From Paragordius varius (Eukaryota > Animalia > Nematomorpha): a stretch of DNA of 64,000 bases. The position numbers and the translations under genes were made by a program. Location of the stretch: assembly GCA_964247055.1 (NCBI GenBank), contig OZ176050.1:9920001-9984000 (forward strand). The letters are read 5' to 3'. Each line of letters starts with the position of its first letter. Within the stretch, counting starts at the first letter, position 1. Of the stretch, positions 52,310-63,009 are shown piece after piece. The notes under the pieces are model-generated. The model did no database searches, was not told the origin of the DNA, and saw only the letters and a list, made by a program, of their open reading frames with translations.

Positions 52310-53408
52310 CAGTGTCCCAAAATAAGCTGATGTATGTATTCTGATAGAAAATTGTATCAGGATTATCATGGTGCTTTTGTTTTTGGCTAGAGGTGATTTT
52401 AGAAAGTTATTTACACATTTATGATGAGTGCTTCATTTGAGAAAATGACAAAATTTAGGCATATTTAAAATAAATTTGGTAAAAGATAGAGGCTTCATTC
52501 TAAAAAATATCACCAAAATATATTATAAACTACATATAAAAAGCAAAAAATATTTTTAAAAATTTAATTTTTAGATGTGGGCTCAAAAGTCCCAAACATT
52601 TTTGCTCTTTTAATATGGGCTATTTCTCTTAAAATAAAAGCAAAAATGCCGAGACTCAGGGCTAAATTTAAATAAATAATTTTCATTTGCATGCTTTTTT
52701 TAGAAATTGCGATTTTTAGCAAAATTTAGTGTACATACTTTTTTGAGGCATGATGGAAAGGGTATAAACATAAACACTTTTTCTATATATTTCAATATTT
52801 CCGAACATATCCATTACCTCATAAAATATTCGTCCTTTTCAAATGCATGTTAAATATAATCTGGCTTTTTTACAAAAAAACAACAAAATTAGAAAGCAAA
52901 CGAATTTTTAATTAAAATTTGAGGTGATAGAAATGTTCCATCGAAATATGTAGAAAAAGTGTTTTCATAATATCTAAAAGCGTGTTTCTACCGTTTCCAT
53001 CATGGCTCAAAATAGTATACGCTTCAACAAAATAAAAATTAAATTTTTGAAAAAGTATGCATATTATTAAAAATATTATCAAAATTCATATAAATATTTA
53101 AAAAAAATTATCGCGCGATCCCAGCATTTTTGCGTTTAATTTAAGATGACTAGCCCATAGTAAAACAAAAAAGTTTGGGACTTTAAAAGCTCACATCTAA
53201 AAATTAAATTTTTTTTGTAAATATTGTGCTTTTTATATGTATATGCCACTAGCTTTTGCCAAAAAAATATAAATATGTGTGCGAATTTTGACACACTCAT
53301 CAGTGTAATTAACTTTCTTAAATCACTTGTAAGAGCCAAAAGTAAAACACCATAAAAATTCTTATACATTTCTCAATATATATTATCAGGATATTTTTAT
53401 AACCCCTG
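52310..53408. mobile_element. About 1.1-kb degenerate foldback/MITE (long imperfect inverted repeat)
   Basis: Arm pairs such as ATTTTTAGATGTGGGCTC..AAGTCCCAAAC..ATGGGCTA versus TAGCCCAT..GTTTGGGACTT..GCTCACATCTAAAAAT, and CATGATGGAAA versus TTTCCATCATG. Termini are CAG...CTG. Confidence 0.65.
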
Positions 53409-53537
53409 ATTTTAAACGCAGTATTATTACAAATTTCCCTTTAATAAATATTTTAGCCGCATAGATTTGATGAAAGTGCCCTTAATTACCATATTGATTT
53501 CTCTTTACAATGTTATTTTGTCTAGTTTCCTTATTAC

Positions 53538-53620
53538 TATTAACTGGGGACGACAATGTAAAGGTAACGGTAAATAAATTTAGTATATATTGTATATCAC
53601 AAAAACAATGCTTTATATCA

Positions 53621-53657
<37 letters not shown>

Positions 53658-53891
53658 TAATTAGGTTTAATGTATTCACATATATCAAGGTGAGATGTTT
53701 GCTTATATACAATTATCTCAAGGTATAATAATAATATTCACAAGTGGTGGGGAGGTTATAATAATATAATAATAGTACACAGATAAGTTAATAGGTTAAT
53801 GTACTAATATATAACGAATGTTGTTTGTGTGGTTAATCTAATCGTGTAATAACAGGTCTATTTAAATTAGCCTGTCAGTTACACTCTAACA
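53538..53891 (-). repeat. 3' LTR (354 bp, with a 45-nt TA-rich segment absent from the 5' LTR)
   Basis: Matches 57793-58101 apart from 5 substitutions and the extra segment 53616-53660. Confidence 0.95.
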
Positions 53892-53902
53892 TCACTTCCC
53901 CC

Positions 53903-56900
53903 CTAACGAAAGCGGGCAGGTTTCTGCCGACTTCTTGTCGGGTACCGTCGTTCTTGTGTTTTAGCGGGGGAGTAGATTGTCTCAGGTTTCTGGGTATTAT
54001 CATTATTTGGACTTTCGGCTGTCGGAGTAATTGGTTCGATTTCGTCCCTTGAATTGATCGTGTTTGGTTGCGTTTCAGCGATTGTTCCATCATCCGTGAC
54101 TGTGTTTACCTTCTCCTCATTTGTGTTGCTGGCAGTGGTCGGCTGTGGTTGTTTTACTATTTGGTCAGCGTGTTTCCTCACAACTTTGTCTCGGTCCTTG
54201 TCCCATACCTTGTATGAAAATAACCCTGTACGGTGCGTAATCTCTCTGGCGCGCCACCCTGGACTTAATTCATTTTTAATCATTACCTGGTCATTAATGG
54301 CAAACTGCCGTCGGGGGGTCGGTGCATCTAACAATCTCTCCCTACTATTTAACCAGGTTAAGGGCGTATGGGGGGTACGCTTGAACATTAACTGGGCCGG
54401 GGTTTCTTTCGTTGTTGAGTGTATAGAAATTCTATACGCCCATAGTCTAGTGTTAAACGCTTCGTGGGTGGATATCCCATTATTTTTTATTCTTGTGTAT
54501 TTATTTTTTATTGTACCTACTAACCTTTCTACCATCCCATTACTCTTAGGGTGGTATGGGGTAACCTTAATATGTTTAACCCCTAACGTACTTGACGTAA
54601 AGTACTCATTACTGAAATACGAAGCGTTATCGCTCACGATCTCTCTTGCAAAGCCAAACCTTGCAAACGTTTCTTCCAATTTGTGGATTATTTTCGCTGC
54701 GGTTACCTTTTTCAAAATAAATCCTTCTGCCCATTTCGAGGCACTATCAATTATCAACAACCAATACAAACCGTCTACCGTTCCGGCTATATCAATATGC
54801 AAACGCTCCCACACAGCAACATTATGATCCCACTGATACGTGGAATTCTGAGTAACATTCGGCCTACTACGTTGGCACGATTCGCATTGACTACTGGCTT
54901 TTACCAGGTCATTTTCTAATTCTGGCCAATAACACGTAAATCTGGCCATCGCTTTCATGGTCTCTACGTTGTTATGCCCGCTGTGTAGGTATCTCACCAC
55001 CTCTTTTTGGAGGAGCTTCGGAATTACTATCCGATCATTTAAACTTAATAATCCATATTGATATGCCAACTCGTCTTTACGGTTAACAAACTTTTCTAAT
55101 TCTGGAGAACTCCAGTCATGGTTGTTTAACGCTTTAATTACTTTTTATAATACTGAATCTAATGCGGTTTCTTTTCGAATTTCATCTCTGCTTAACCGCA
55201 CGTTATGACAATTCAAAAATCTCAAATATCTGGTAACTGCATGATCTTCATCATAGGCAACGATCTCGTCAATCGGCCATCTCGATAAATAATCAGCTCT
55301 ATTTTGAGCCCCTTATGACTTATTTCAAAGTCGTATTCATTTATCATATTAATCCACCTTAGTATTTTAGCATTATGTATCACTTTTAAATTTCGATCTC
55401 TATTTATTAACTTTACTAAAGGTAAATGGTCAGTTAATATTATAAATTTTCTACCATATATGAAACTATGAAACTTTCGTAACGCAAATAATATTGCTTT
55501 TAATTCCTTCTCTATAGTGGAATAATTTCTTTCAGCGTTGCTACACTTTTGTGAGGCATACGCTATCGGTAACCTTTCACTATTGATGACTTAAAATACA
55601 CCCGAATCCTAAATCTGACGCATCAGTTTCTATTATCAATTTCCTATTCGGATTATATGGTGTTAAAAACACTTTTTCGCTTAACAAATTCTTAGCTGCT
55701 ACCCAGCTTTTCTCATGTTTCTCGGTCCAACACCATCTCGTATTTTTACTAGTTAATTCATGTAAGGGACCGACTATCATTTGTAATTTTGGTATAAAGC
55801 GTTCATGAAATGTCAAAAAAGCTAAAAAACTACGTAACGACTTTTTATCCACCGGCCTTTTTAGTTCCTTAATTGCTTTGATTTTGCTTTCACACGGGCT
55901 TATATCCTTTTTCGATATTACAAACCCTAAATAGTTTACTGATTCTGCGCCTATCATTATTTTATCTTGTCTTAATTTAAATCCGGCCTTATCGAGACGA
56001 CTTAATACGTTATTTAAATTGTTAATGTGCACATTTTCCGTCCTACCAGTCACTAGGACGTCATCTAAATATACGCAAGTTCCCGGACTTTCAGCCAGCA
56101 ATTGTTCCATCACTCTTTGGAAGATGATAGGTGCCGTGGCCAGTCCAAACGGCATGCGTTTGTATCTAAAAAAACCTTTATGTGTTTAGATAGTTAACAA
56201 TTCTTGACACTCCTCTGTCACTGGCATCTGGAGGTAAGCATCTTTTAAATCAATTTTCGTGAATGTGATACCTTCACCTATTTTCGACACCAACTCATCA
56301 AACGTGGGGATTATGTGGGAGTCTTCTTGCAACCACTTATTAATAGTTACCCGAAAATCACTACATATTCTTAATTCGCTATTCTGTTTAAGTACATTGA
56401 CCGTAGGCGTGGCCCATGTCACAGGTGTGGTGTTAGGATCAACCGGTTCTAAAATGCCTAACTTTTCTAGCCTCGTCAGCTCTTTCTCCACCTTTTCTCT
56501 TAATGGAAAAGGCACCCTGCGACATTTCGGGATCGCATTCGCTGCAATGCGAATTTTTACAGGGTCCTTATAGCACCCTAACTTATTTTCGAATAAATTT
56601 TTAAAATTTTCACAAATATCATTCAATTTAAGATAATTAACTTTAACCTGTGGCATCTCAATCTGTTTCGCCATCCAGTCCAGTCCACAGATTAGCGGGG
56701 CCATCTTTTGCTTAGGCATAAGTCCCCGACTATTTGTTTACCATTTACTTGGACCTTGACACTTGCTGTCCCCATCATTGGCACTGTGGTATTGTTGTAC
56801 GATTTTACTGGGGGTGTCGGACGCAGCTTGGGTTTACCGATTTGCTCCCATGTGGCAAAGTTTATTACACTAATGTCCGAACCGAGATAAAGTCTTTTTT

Positions 56901-57780
56901 TAACCCGTTTATTACTAGTGTTATCAATAAGGGAGTTAGCGCCTTATGACCCACGTTAACTTCCTTTAATAATTGCCTATTGAAGTTGGGTCTTTGTCTT
57001 TTGGCCACACACATTCTCGCAAAATGGTTTAGCTTTCCGCATTTGTTGCAGGATCGTCTCCAGGCTGGATACTTGTTGGGTGGGTGTGTGGTGCCGCAAT
57101 ATTTACATGTGGTAGGTTTTATTATTGTTTGTCCATTGGATTTATTATGTTGTAACCGATTGATATTATTATTGCTGTTACTGTATCGAATGCTATTGAT
57201 ATTACTATTATTGTTATTCTGTAATCCAGCCTTAGCAGACATGTAGTGCGAGATCTACGATTGTTTCTAGTGGAACAGGAATACCGTTTATCAAAGCATC
57301 TGGATACCTGGAATGGATATCCATCTCTAGTTGAGGCTGTCGCAGTCCTATTACGAATGCATCACGAATACGTTGTTCTATGGCTTCAGTAAATTGAGCT
57401 TCTTCAGCTCCTATCTTGACACGCTCAAGAAATTGGGTAAAACTTTCACCCTCGTTGCGTACCAGCCTATAAAATTCAAGACTTTGGAATTTTGATTTTG
57501 TCGGATTGAATATTTTTTTGCCTGTTTCCGTGATCTCCGCCCATGTGGCGTCTTTTATTTTCTTGGAATAAAGGTGTTGGTTAATCTTTCTTACTATCAT
57601 GAATCCGCCATATGCTAGTATCGTTGATTTAAGCGTTCTTTCGGTTACTGGAATATCCTTTGCCTCGAGTACGTTGCTAATATACTCGAGGTACTCTTCA
57701 AATTTATTATTATCGTTATATTTTTCTATGGCCGCAATACTAGTATGAGGAGCTGTGGTGTTCATTGGTTCGTCAGCCAT
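53903..57780 (-). pseudogene. Gypsy gag-pol, broken by frameshifts and stops
   Basis: Gag with CxxC..H and CNKCGKLNHFARMC knuckles; protease with the D-T-G Asp apparently deleted (..GSDISVI); RT WATPTV/LRICSDFR/KIDLKDAYLQ/MPFGL/YLDDVL; RNase H ETDASDLG; integrase HSGH..CESCQ, WERLHID, IVSDN, PYHPKSNGMVER. Confidence 0.9.
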
Positions 57781-57792
57781 TTTGGCCACCAA

Positions 57793-58101
57793 TATTAACT
57801 AGGGACGACAATGTAAAGGTAACGGTAAATAAATTTATTATATATTGTATATCACAAAAACAATGCTTTATTAGGTTTAATGTATTCACATATATCAAGG
57901 TGAGATGTTTGCTAATATACAATTATCTCAAGGTATAATAATAATATTCACAAGTGGTGGGGAGGTTATAATAATATAATAATAGTACACAGATAAGTTA
58001 ATAGGTTAATGTACTAATATATAACGAATGTTGTTTGTGTGGTTAATCTAATCGTGTAATAACAGGTCTATTCAAATTAACCTGTCAGTTACACTCTAAC
58101 A
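57793..58101 (-). repeat. 5' LTR (309 bp)
   Basis: Direct repeat of 53538-53891. Confidence 0.95.
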
Positions 58102-58106
58102 ATTAC

Positions 58107-58370
58107 TTATATCGATTAAAATTCCTTCAATTTTTCTGCACTCAAGCATCTAAAAGACATATCTAAATGGACTTGCGATCTAAGACTTTTGATAAATAAG
58201 TTAGATAAATATATAATTTCAAAGTCATTTCCACCTATTAAATTTTGCGTCAGCATCAGGAATTAATATAGTTATGTAAAAATATTCTGTTTTTCTGCGC
58301 CTAAGTCTATTCCTCTCTGAAGGGCATAAATCCAATACATCCCGGGAGATATGTAAAGATCTTTTAACTA
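58107..58370 (-). pseudogene. Possible heavily decayed LINE RT fragment interrupted by the Gypsy insertion
   Basis: Weak RT-like strings ALQRGIDLGAEKQNIF and GILIDISN|KETR, the latter read across the removed LTR element. Confidence 0.3.
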
Positions 58371-59674
58371 ATTCAAATTCTGAAATGGTTAATTGCTCGC
58401 GTTACAATATAAAAAGATGAAACGTTATTGCTAAATGCTCATTGTTGTTGTTGCTAAGGTCGATTCCGACTAACTTTAAGAATTTAAGTTACCAATGAAA
58501 AATTCAACTCTATATCATTGTTCCACGAATAAAGTTAATTATTGGTAAATTAATCTACTAGAATGAGAAGAAGTGTCTAAAAAAAGATAACATAATCTAT
58601 AAAAGAGCGATATTGTAAAGAGTTATATAAGTTTTAATCAATTGATGATTATTTTAATTATATTAGATTCCTTTATTCCTAACCATTATAAGAAAATTGG
58701 TAGTTTTATATTAAAATTTTTAAAACTTAGATTTTTTTAAGCCCGAATTTTAGGGAGTATGAGGAAGTAGGTCGTTAAATTAATTAAGGCCTTGCTACTT
58801 TATTTGTTTTTGTAAAAGAAACAAATTGAACTCCCATGTTTTCTATAAAGTTTCCTAAAAAACTAGTTATTTTTAACTTGAATTTTTCAAAATCCTAGTT
58901 TTGCATAAAATGGCGCTTTTGTAGGGTCGAAAAAAATACGACTACGATCACTTCATTTAAAGTTGGAATATTTGGGACAATACTATAATTTAATAAATAA
59001 ATGCTCAGGCTTTCTGGAATTTCATAAAACCATATTTTGCAGTTTAAAGAAGCAAAATTCTCTTTTACAATCTGTTAAAATATTATCTAAAATATTTGTG
59101 AATTTTCCATATGGTATCACAAGCTATAATAAAACTGACAAATATAACATTATTAGGCTTTTTGATAGAAGATAAAAGAAAAAAACATTGATATCTTTAT
59201 ATTAAATTAAACATGCAATTTTACTGTTATAATTATAAATTAGGCTTCATCAAGACTAGTCATTACCTACCTTTTGTTTTTTAGGTTAGTAATAATTGAT
59301 ATATAACGATCCCAGTATAGCGTTATAAAACTGAAATATCTTTTAAGTAACTACAAAAGACATAACCAAATCTATTAAATAAAGTGTTGGCTTTGAGACA
59401 ATTGTATGGTCAATGAAAAGACCCACTCAAATTTTATATGCCAAATATCGAGCCTTTTTAAATTTACCCCAAAATTTAACTGCTCCCCAATTATAGTCAC
59501 GTTTTTCGTTAAGAAAATCCTTAGAAATATACCGATTTCTCGAAACATATGGGGAATGGAGATTTTAACATTCTAAGCCTTTTCTTAGACTAGCCTTTGA
59601 GCAGAACTTTACACGAAGTAAAATACGCCTTCAAAGAAAAAACTACCCTCAAATAAGTAATAATTCCTCTAAAA

Positions 59675-60075
59675 CAGGGCTTCTTAAACTATGGGGCCCC
59701 ACCCAATTTGGGGTCGCGAGTGATAAAAATTCAATCTAACAAAAAATGCTTTTTAACTTGTAAAATTATTGTTATAAACAAAAATAACAATCATCTTAGA
59801 TAATTATATCAGAATTAAGACGGTCAAAATCCACTTTCGTTTTTGAAACTAAAATAAAAACATTTCTATATCATTTTGTGCAAATTTCAATTTTAGATTT
59901 TTATATGAAACGAATTCTAAATTTATATATTTTCATGTGCATATGTATATTGTTACCTAATAAATATATATTCAAAAAATGTTAATTTATTTTTCTTTTA
60001 TATTTGTTGGGGCCGTTAAGAAACTTGCAATCATAAATGGGGTCGGGAATTACAACAAAAGTTCAAGAAGCCCTG
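59675..60075. mobile_element. hAT (Charlie-like) MITE
   Basis: TIR CAGGGCTTCTTAAACT / AGTTCAAGAAGCCCTG with internal GGGGTCGCG motifs. TSD degenerate. Confidence 0.7.
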
Positions 60076-60249
60076 GTCTGAACAATGATAACTAATTAGA
60101 ACTGACCGACTTTAGAATCAATCCCAAAAAACGGGAATGGTAGCATTATTTTGTGAAAAACAATGATTTACAATACCATAACCCAAAAAATGATATCGAA
60201 TATAAAATAATGAAGTGAAAAATTTTAAAATATAATTCTTTTATTAAAA

Positions 60250-60890
60250 TTAATAAATTTCATCTGATATAACATCGATCTCAGCTTCTGAAATACTTTT
60301 ATTAATTGAATTTTTCCGCCGTTCTAAAGCGATTTTTCTGTTAAATTCAATTTTTTGTTTAATTTCATCATCGATTGATTTTTCAGGGACCCTTTCTGTT
60401 TCTAGCGATGTAATTTCATCAAAATCAGTAGAAAGTGGAGTTGAAGTGTTATATTCTGTGAGTATTTGGGAAATAGCATTCTTATATATGACATTCTAAT
60501 ATACTTTTATATCCTTTTTCTGGCCTAAAGTTTCGATTTTCTCTATAACATCATTAAATGAATATTTTGGAAACAAACGAAATGACCAATACTCATAAAG
60601 CCCAATAATCTTATTTATGTCTTTAAGCTGAATATATAATCATTCAAACCTCATAACCTTTGCCCTTTAATTTAACTTTGGAAAAAAGGCCTGGTATAGT
60701 TTTTAAACCATTGTTTCCCAGTAATCTAATATATAAAACGACAAACTTTTCAGAATTGAGTTTTTGTCTTTCTCTGACAATTTTATTATTTTCGTTCCAA
60801 CTTTCTTCAAGCGATAACTGATTTAATTGTGTTTTATCTATTTCTTTTATAAAAATTACTTTTGGTGGTATTTTCAAATTCGAAATCCAT
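60250..60890 (-). CDS. TIPIN: TIPIN/Swi3/Csm3 replication-fork protection protein, 183 aa; 5 exons
   Basis: Exons 60860-60890, 60747-60837, 60650-60725, 60505-60627, 60250-60480 (552 nt, open). Swi3 domain RQKLNSEKLLGNNGL...KVKLKGKGYELKDI..IIGLYEYWSFRLFPKYSFNDVIEKIETLGQKKDIK. Introns are 22, 21, 22 and 24 nt. Confidence 0.92.
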
Positions 60891-60921
60891 TATAAAACAG
60901 ATGCTTTACATAGTTTGGTAA
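60891..60921. promoter_or_regulatory. 31-nt spacer between the divergent start codons of TIPIN and NDUFA12
   Basis: ATGs at 60888-60890 (-) and 60922-60924 (+). Confidence 0.6.
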
Positions 60922-62046
60922 ATGCGAAGCTTGATCAAAATTTATTTCGACAAATATAAACGTTTGGTTGATATATTTAAATTTAATGGGGGTATAAAAC
61001 AATCTTTTTTGCAATTATATTAGTAATGTTAATTTTAAAATTTTAGTACCGATGATTTGAAAGTAGGCCGACTTATTGGTGAAGATAACCTGGGAAATAA
61101 ATATTACGAAGATAATTCATATTTTTTCGGTTATATTTTATATTTAAAAAATATTTAGCTGTACATTATGCTTTACATTTATTCATATAGGGAGGAATAG
61201 ATGGGTGGTATACAACCGTAAAGTTGGCTTAGATTATGATGCAAGTCAAGTTGAACCAGGATGGTTTATTTTGCTTTTAATTATATTTATTTTATATCAA
61301 TATATTGCCAAATTTTTTTATATCATGCAATAAAAATTTATATTCGGGACAGGGATTACGGTTAATATTTGTGATTAGGGTTTTGCTCAAAAATAATTTT
61401 GGGCACGTTTTTTTCTCCCAAAATTTTAAAAATGTTTGTGGTAAAAAATTTGAAATCTTACTAAATTATATTTGTTATAAATAGATTGGTATTATTTTTT
61501 ACAAAATTAGCTATTAACAAATTAAGCACTTAGGACTGTTTAGATTAAAATAATGTCAAAAATTTTTACGATACATTTTTTTAAAAATAACCTAAAATTC
61601 AAATCTATTGTCCCTATATTTAAACGATTATTCGAATGCCGTAACTTTTTCTAGTTTTAGTTCCCAATCAATTTTTTTCTTTTATTTATAAAAAAGAAGG
61701 CACCAAATAAAATTGCGATTTTATGCAATATTAATTAAGGTTGGCCTGGCGCAGTCAACCCTTTAACCGTAATTTAATAACTTTATAAGGTTAATAAGTG
61801 TATTCCCTATTATTTTTAATATATTTAATAATGTGCTCATTTCCGCCATGAATCCATTTTTATAGGCATGCCTGGTTGCATAACATTACGGATGATATCC
61901 CAAACAGTAAAAAACTCATGTATGAATGGATGGAGCCTTATAAACCAAATCAATCAGGAACATTTGAAAAATATGTTCCTTATAGCACAACGCCTCAAAA
62001 AATAACTCCCTGGAAACCAGATAATTTTGTAAAAACACGTGTTTAA
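60922..62046 (+). CDS. NDUFA12: NADH dehydrogenase (ubiquinone) 1 alpha subcomplex subunit 12, 145 aa; 4 exons
   Basis: Exons 60922-61022, 61047-61129, 61191-61263, 61866-62046 (438 nt, open). Motifs [50 protein letters not shown] and YVPYSTT..KI.PWKP. Introns are 24, 61 and 602 nt. Confidence 0.95.
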
Positions 62047-63009
62047 TTTTAATATATATATATTTTAATGTTTAATACGCTATTATCATATTTATTCGAC
62101 TTGTGTAATAAACAAATATATGATATCTAAATAAATTAAAATTATTATGCCACAGTATAAATTTTTACTTCATACTTATAAATTAACAATATTTATTTTC
62201 ATATAACCTTTACACCAAATTTTAATTCCTTAGGGGTTTTAATCAGATTGCGATTAATTATAACAGTTGCCCAAAGAACAATGATTAAAAGAACCTTTGG
62301 TATAACATCAAATTCAAAACGGTTTATGATATACTTTAAAATTGTCTTATTAAAGAAGTGACCGATATTTAAAACAAAGCAACGATCGCCTAACTTATAA
62401 TTTTAGAGTTGTCAATTGTCAATAATTTTGTTAATTCCAATAAGAATATCATTAAAAATTTGGACATTTACATATATTTCAGTAAGGCCTCCCAAAGCTA
62501 ATCCATTACTTTTTAGTATCAAATCCGATATTCCTCATAGGCATGCTACACAAAAACGTTTTATTATTTGTCCAAACCGCTTTAAGACGTTAAATTTGGT
62601 AGAGAGCCCTTAACTCATTAAAATTCCAAACAAAAAAAATACTTTTATATAGACCGCATCTCGCGTCTCTAAAAACCGGGTAAAATGCTATAAAATTTGG
62701 GACCGGATTCCATAGCAAAATAACATTGCCTTAAGTTAACTTATCATCAAAAATAAAGGATTTAAATTTATTGTAAATAATTTACACATAACATCATATA
62801 AATATTATGTTATAATAATATTACTAAATTAAATAATTATGGTTGGTTTTTGTACTCAAATATTATTATGCTTTGCTTAATATTTATTGCACTTTCCTTC
62901 TAATATAATTTGGTATGTATTCAATAGGTCGTATAAACCGGAATATATCTTGAGAATGCAAAACATGTTTTTTTGTAATTTTAAAGAAGTTTCGTCTTGC
63001 CGCGTAAAA

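Larger units (their letters stand above)
53538..58101 (-). mobile_element. Full-length Ty3/Gypsy LTR retrotransposon, inactivated
   Basis: LTRs at 57793-58101 (5') and 53538-53891 (3') with TG...TA ends. 5-bp TSD ATTAC at 53533-53537 and 58102-58106. PBS-like TGGTGGCC follows the 5' LTR and PPT AGGGGGGAAGTGA precedes the 3' LTR. Domain order is gag-PR-RT-RH-INT. Confidence 0.95.

Noticed and set aside
54054-56573. Long plus-strand ORFs 54054-54827, 54683-54919 and 56259-56573 (also 49722-50063 and 28006-29029)
   Set aside because: They are antisense shadows of integrase, RT and the 515-aa gene, with no recognisable motifs.
55069-57242. Gypsy gag-pol frame breaks as further micro-introns
   Set aside because: The breaks are not bounded by GT...AG, some delete conserved residues such as the protease Asp, and introns would be lost during retrotransposition.
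30388-61046. Interpreting the broken ORFs of C11orf54, MRPS25, BOD1L, TIPIN and NDUFA12 as pseudogenes or assembly frameshifts
   Set aside because: Every break is bounded by GT/GC...AG, is 21-26 nt long and AT-rich, and its removal gives a full-length conserved protein. Random indels would not do this repeatedly.
62280-62620. Moderately GC-rich stretch between NDUFA12 and tomosyn with short ORFs
   Set aside because: It has stops in the plausible frame and no recognisable motif; probably decayed TE sequence and left unannotated.
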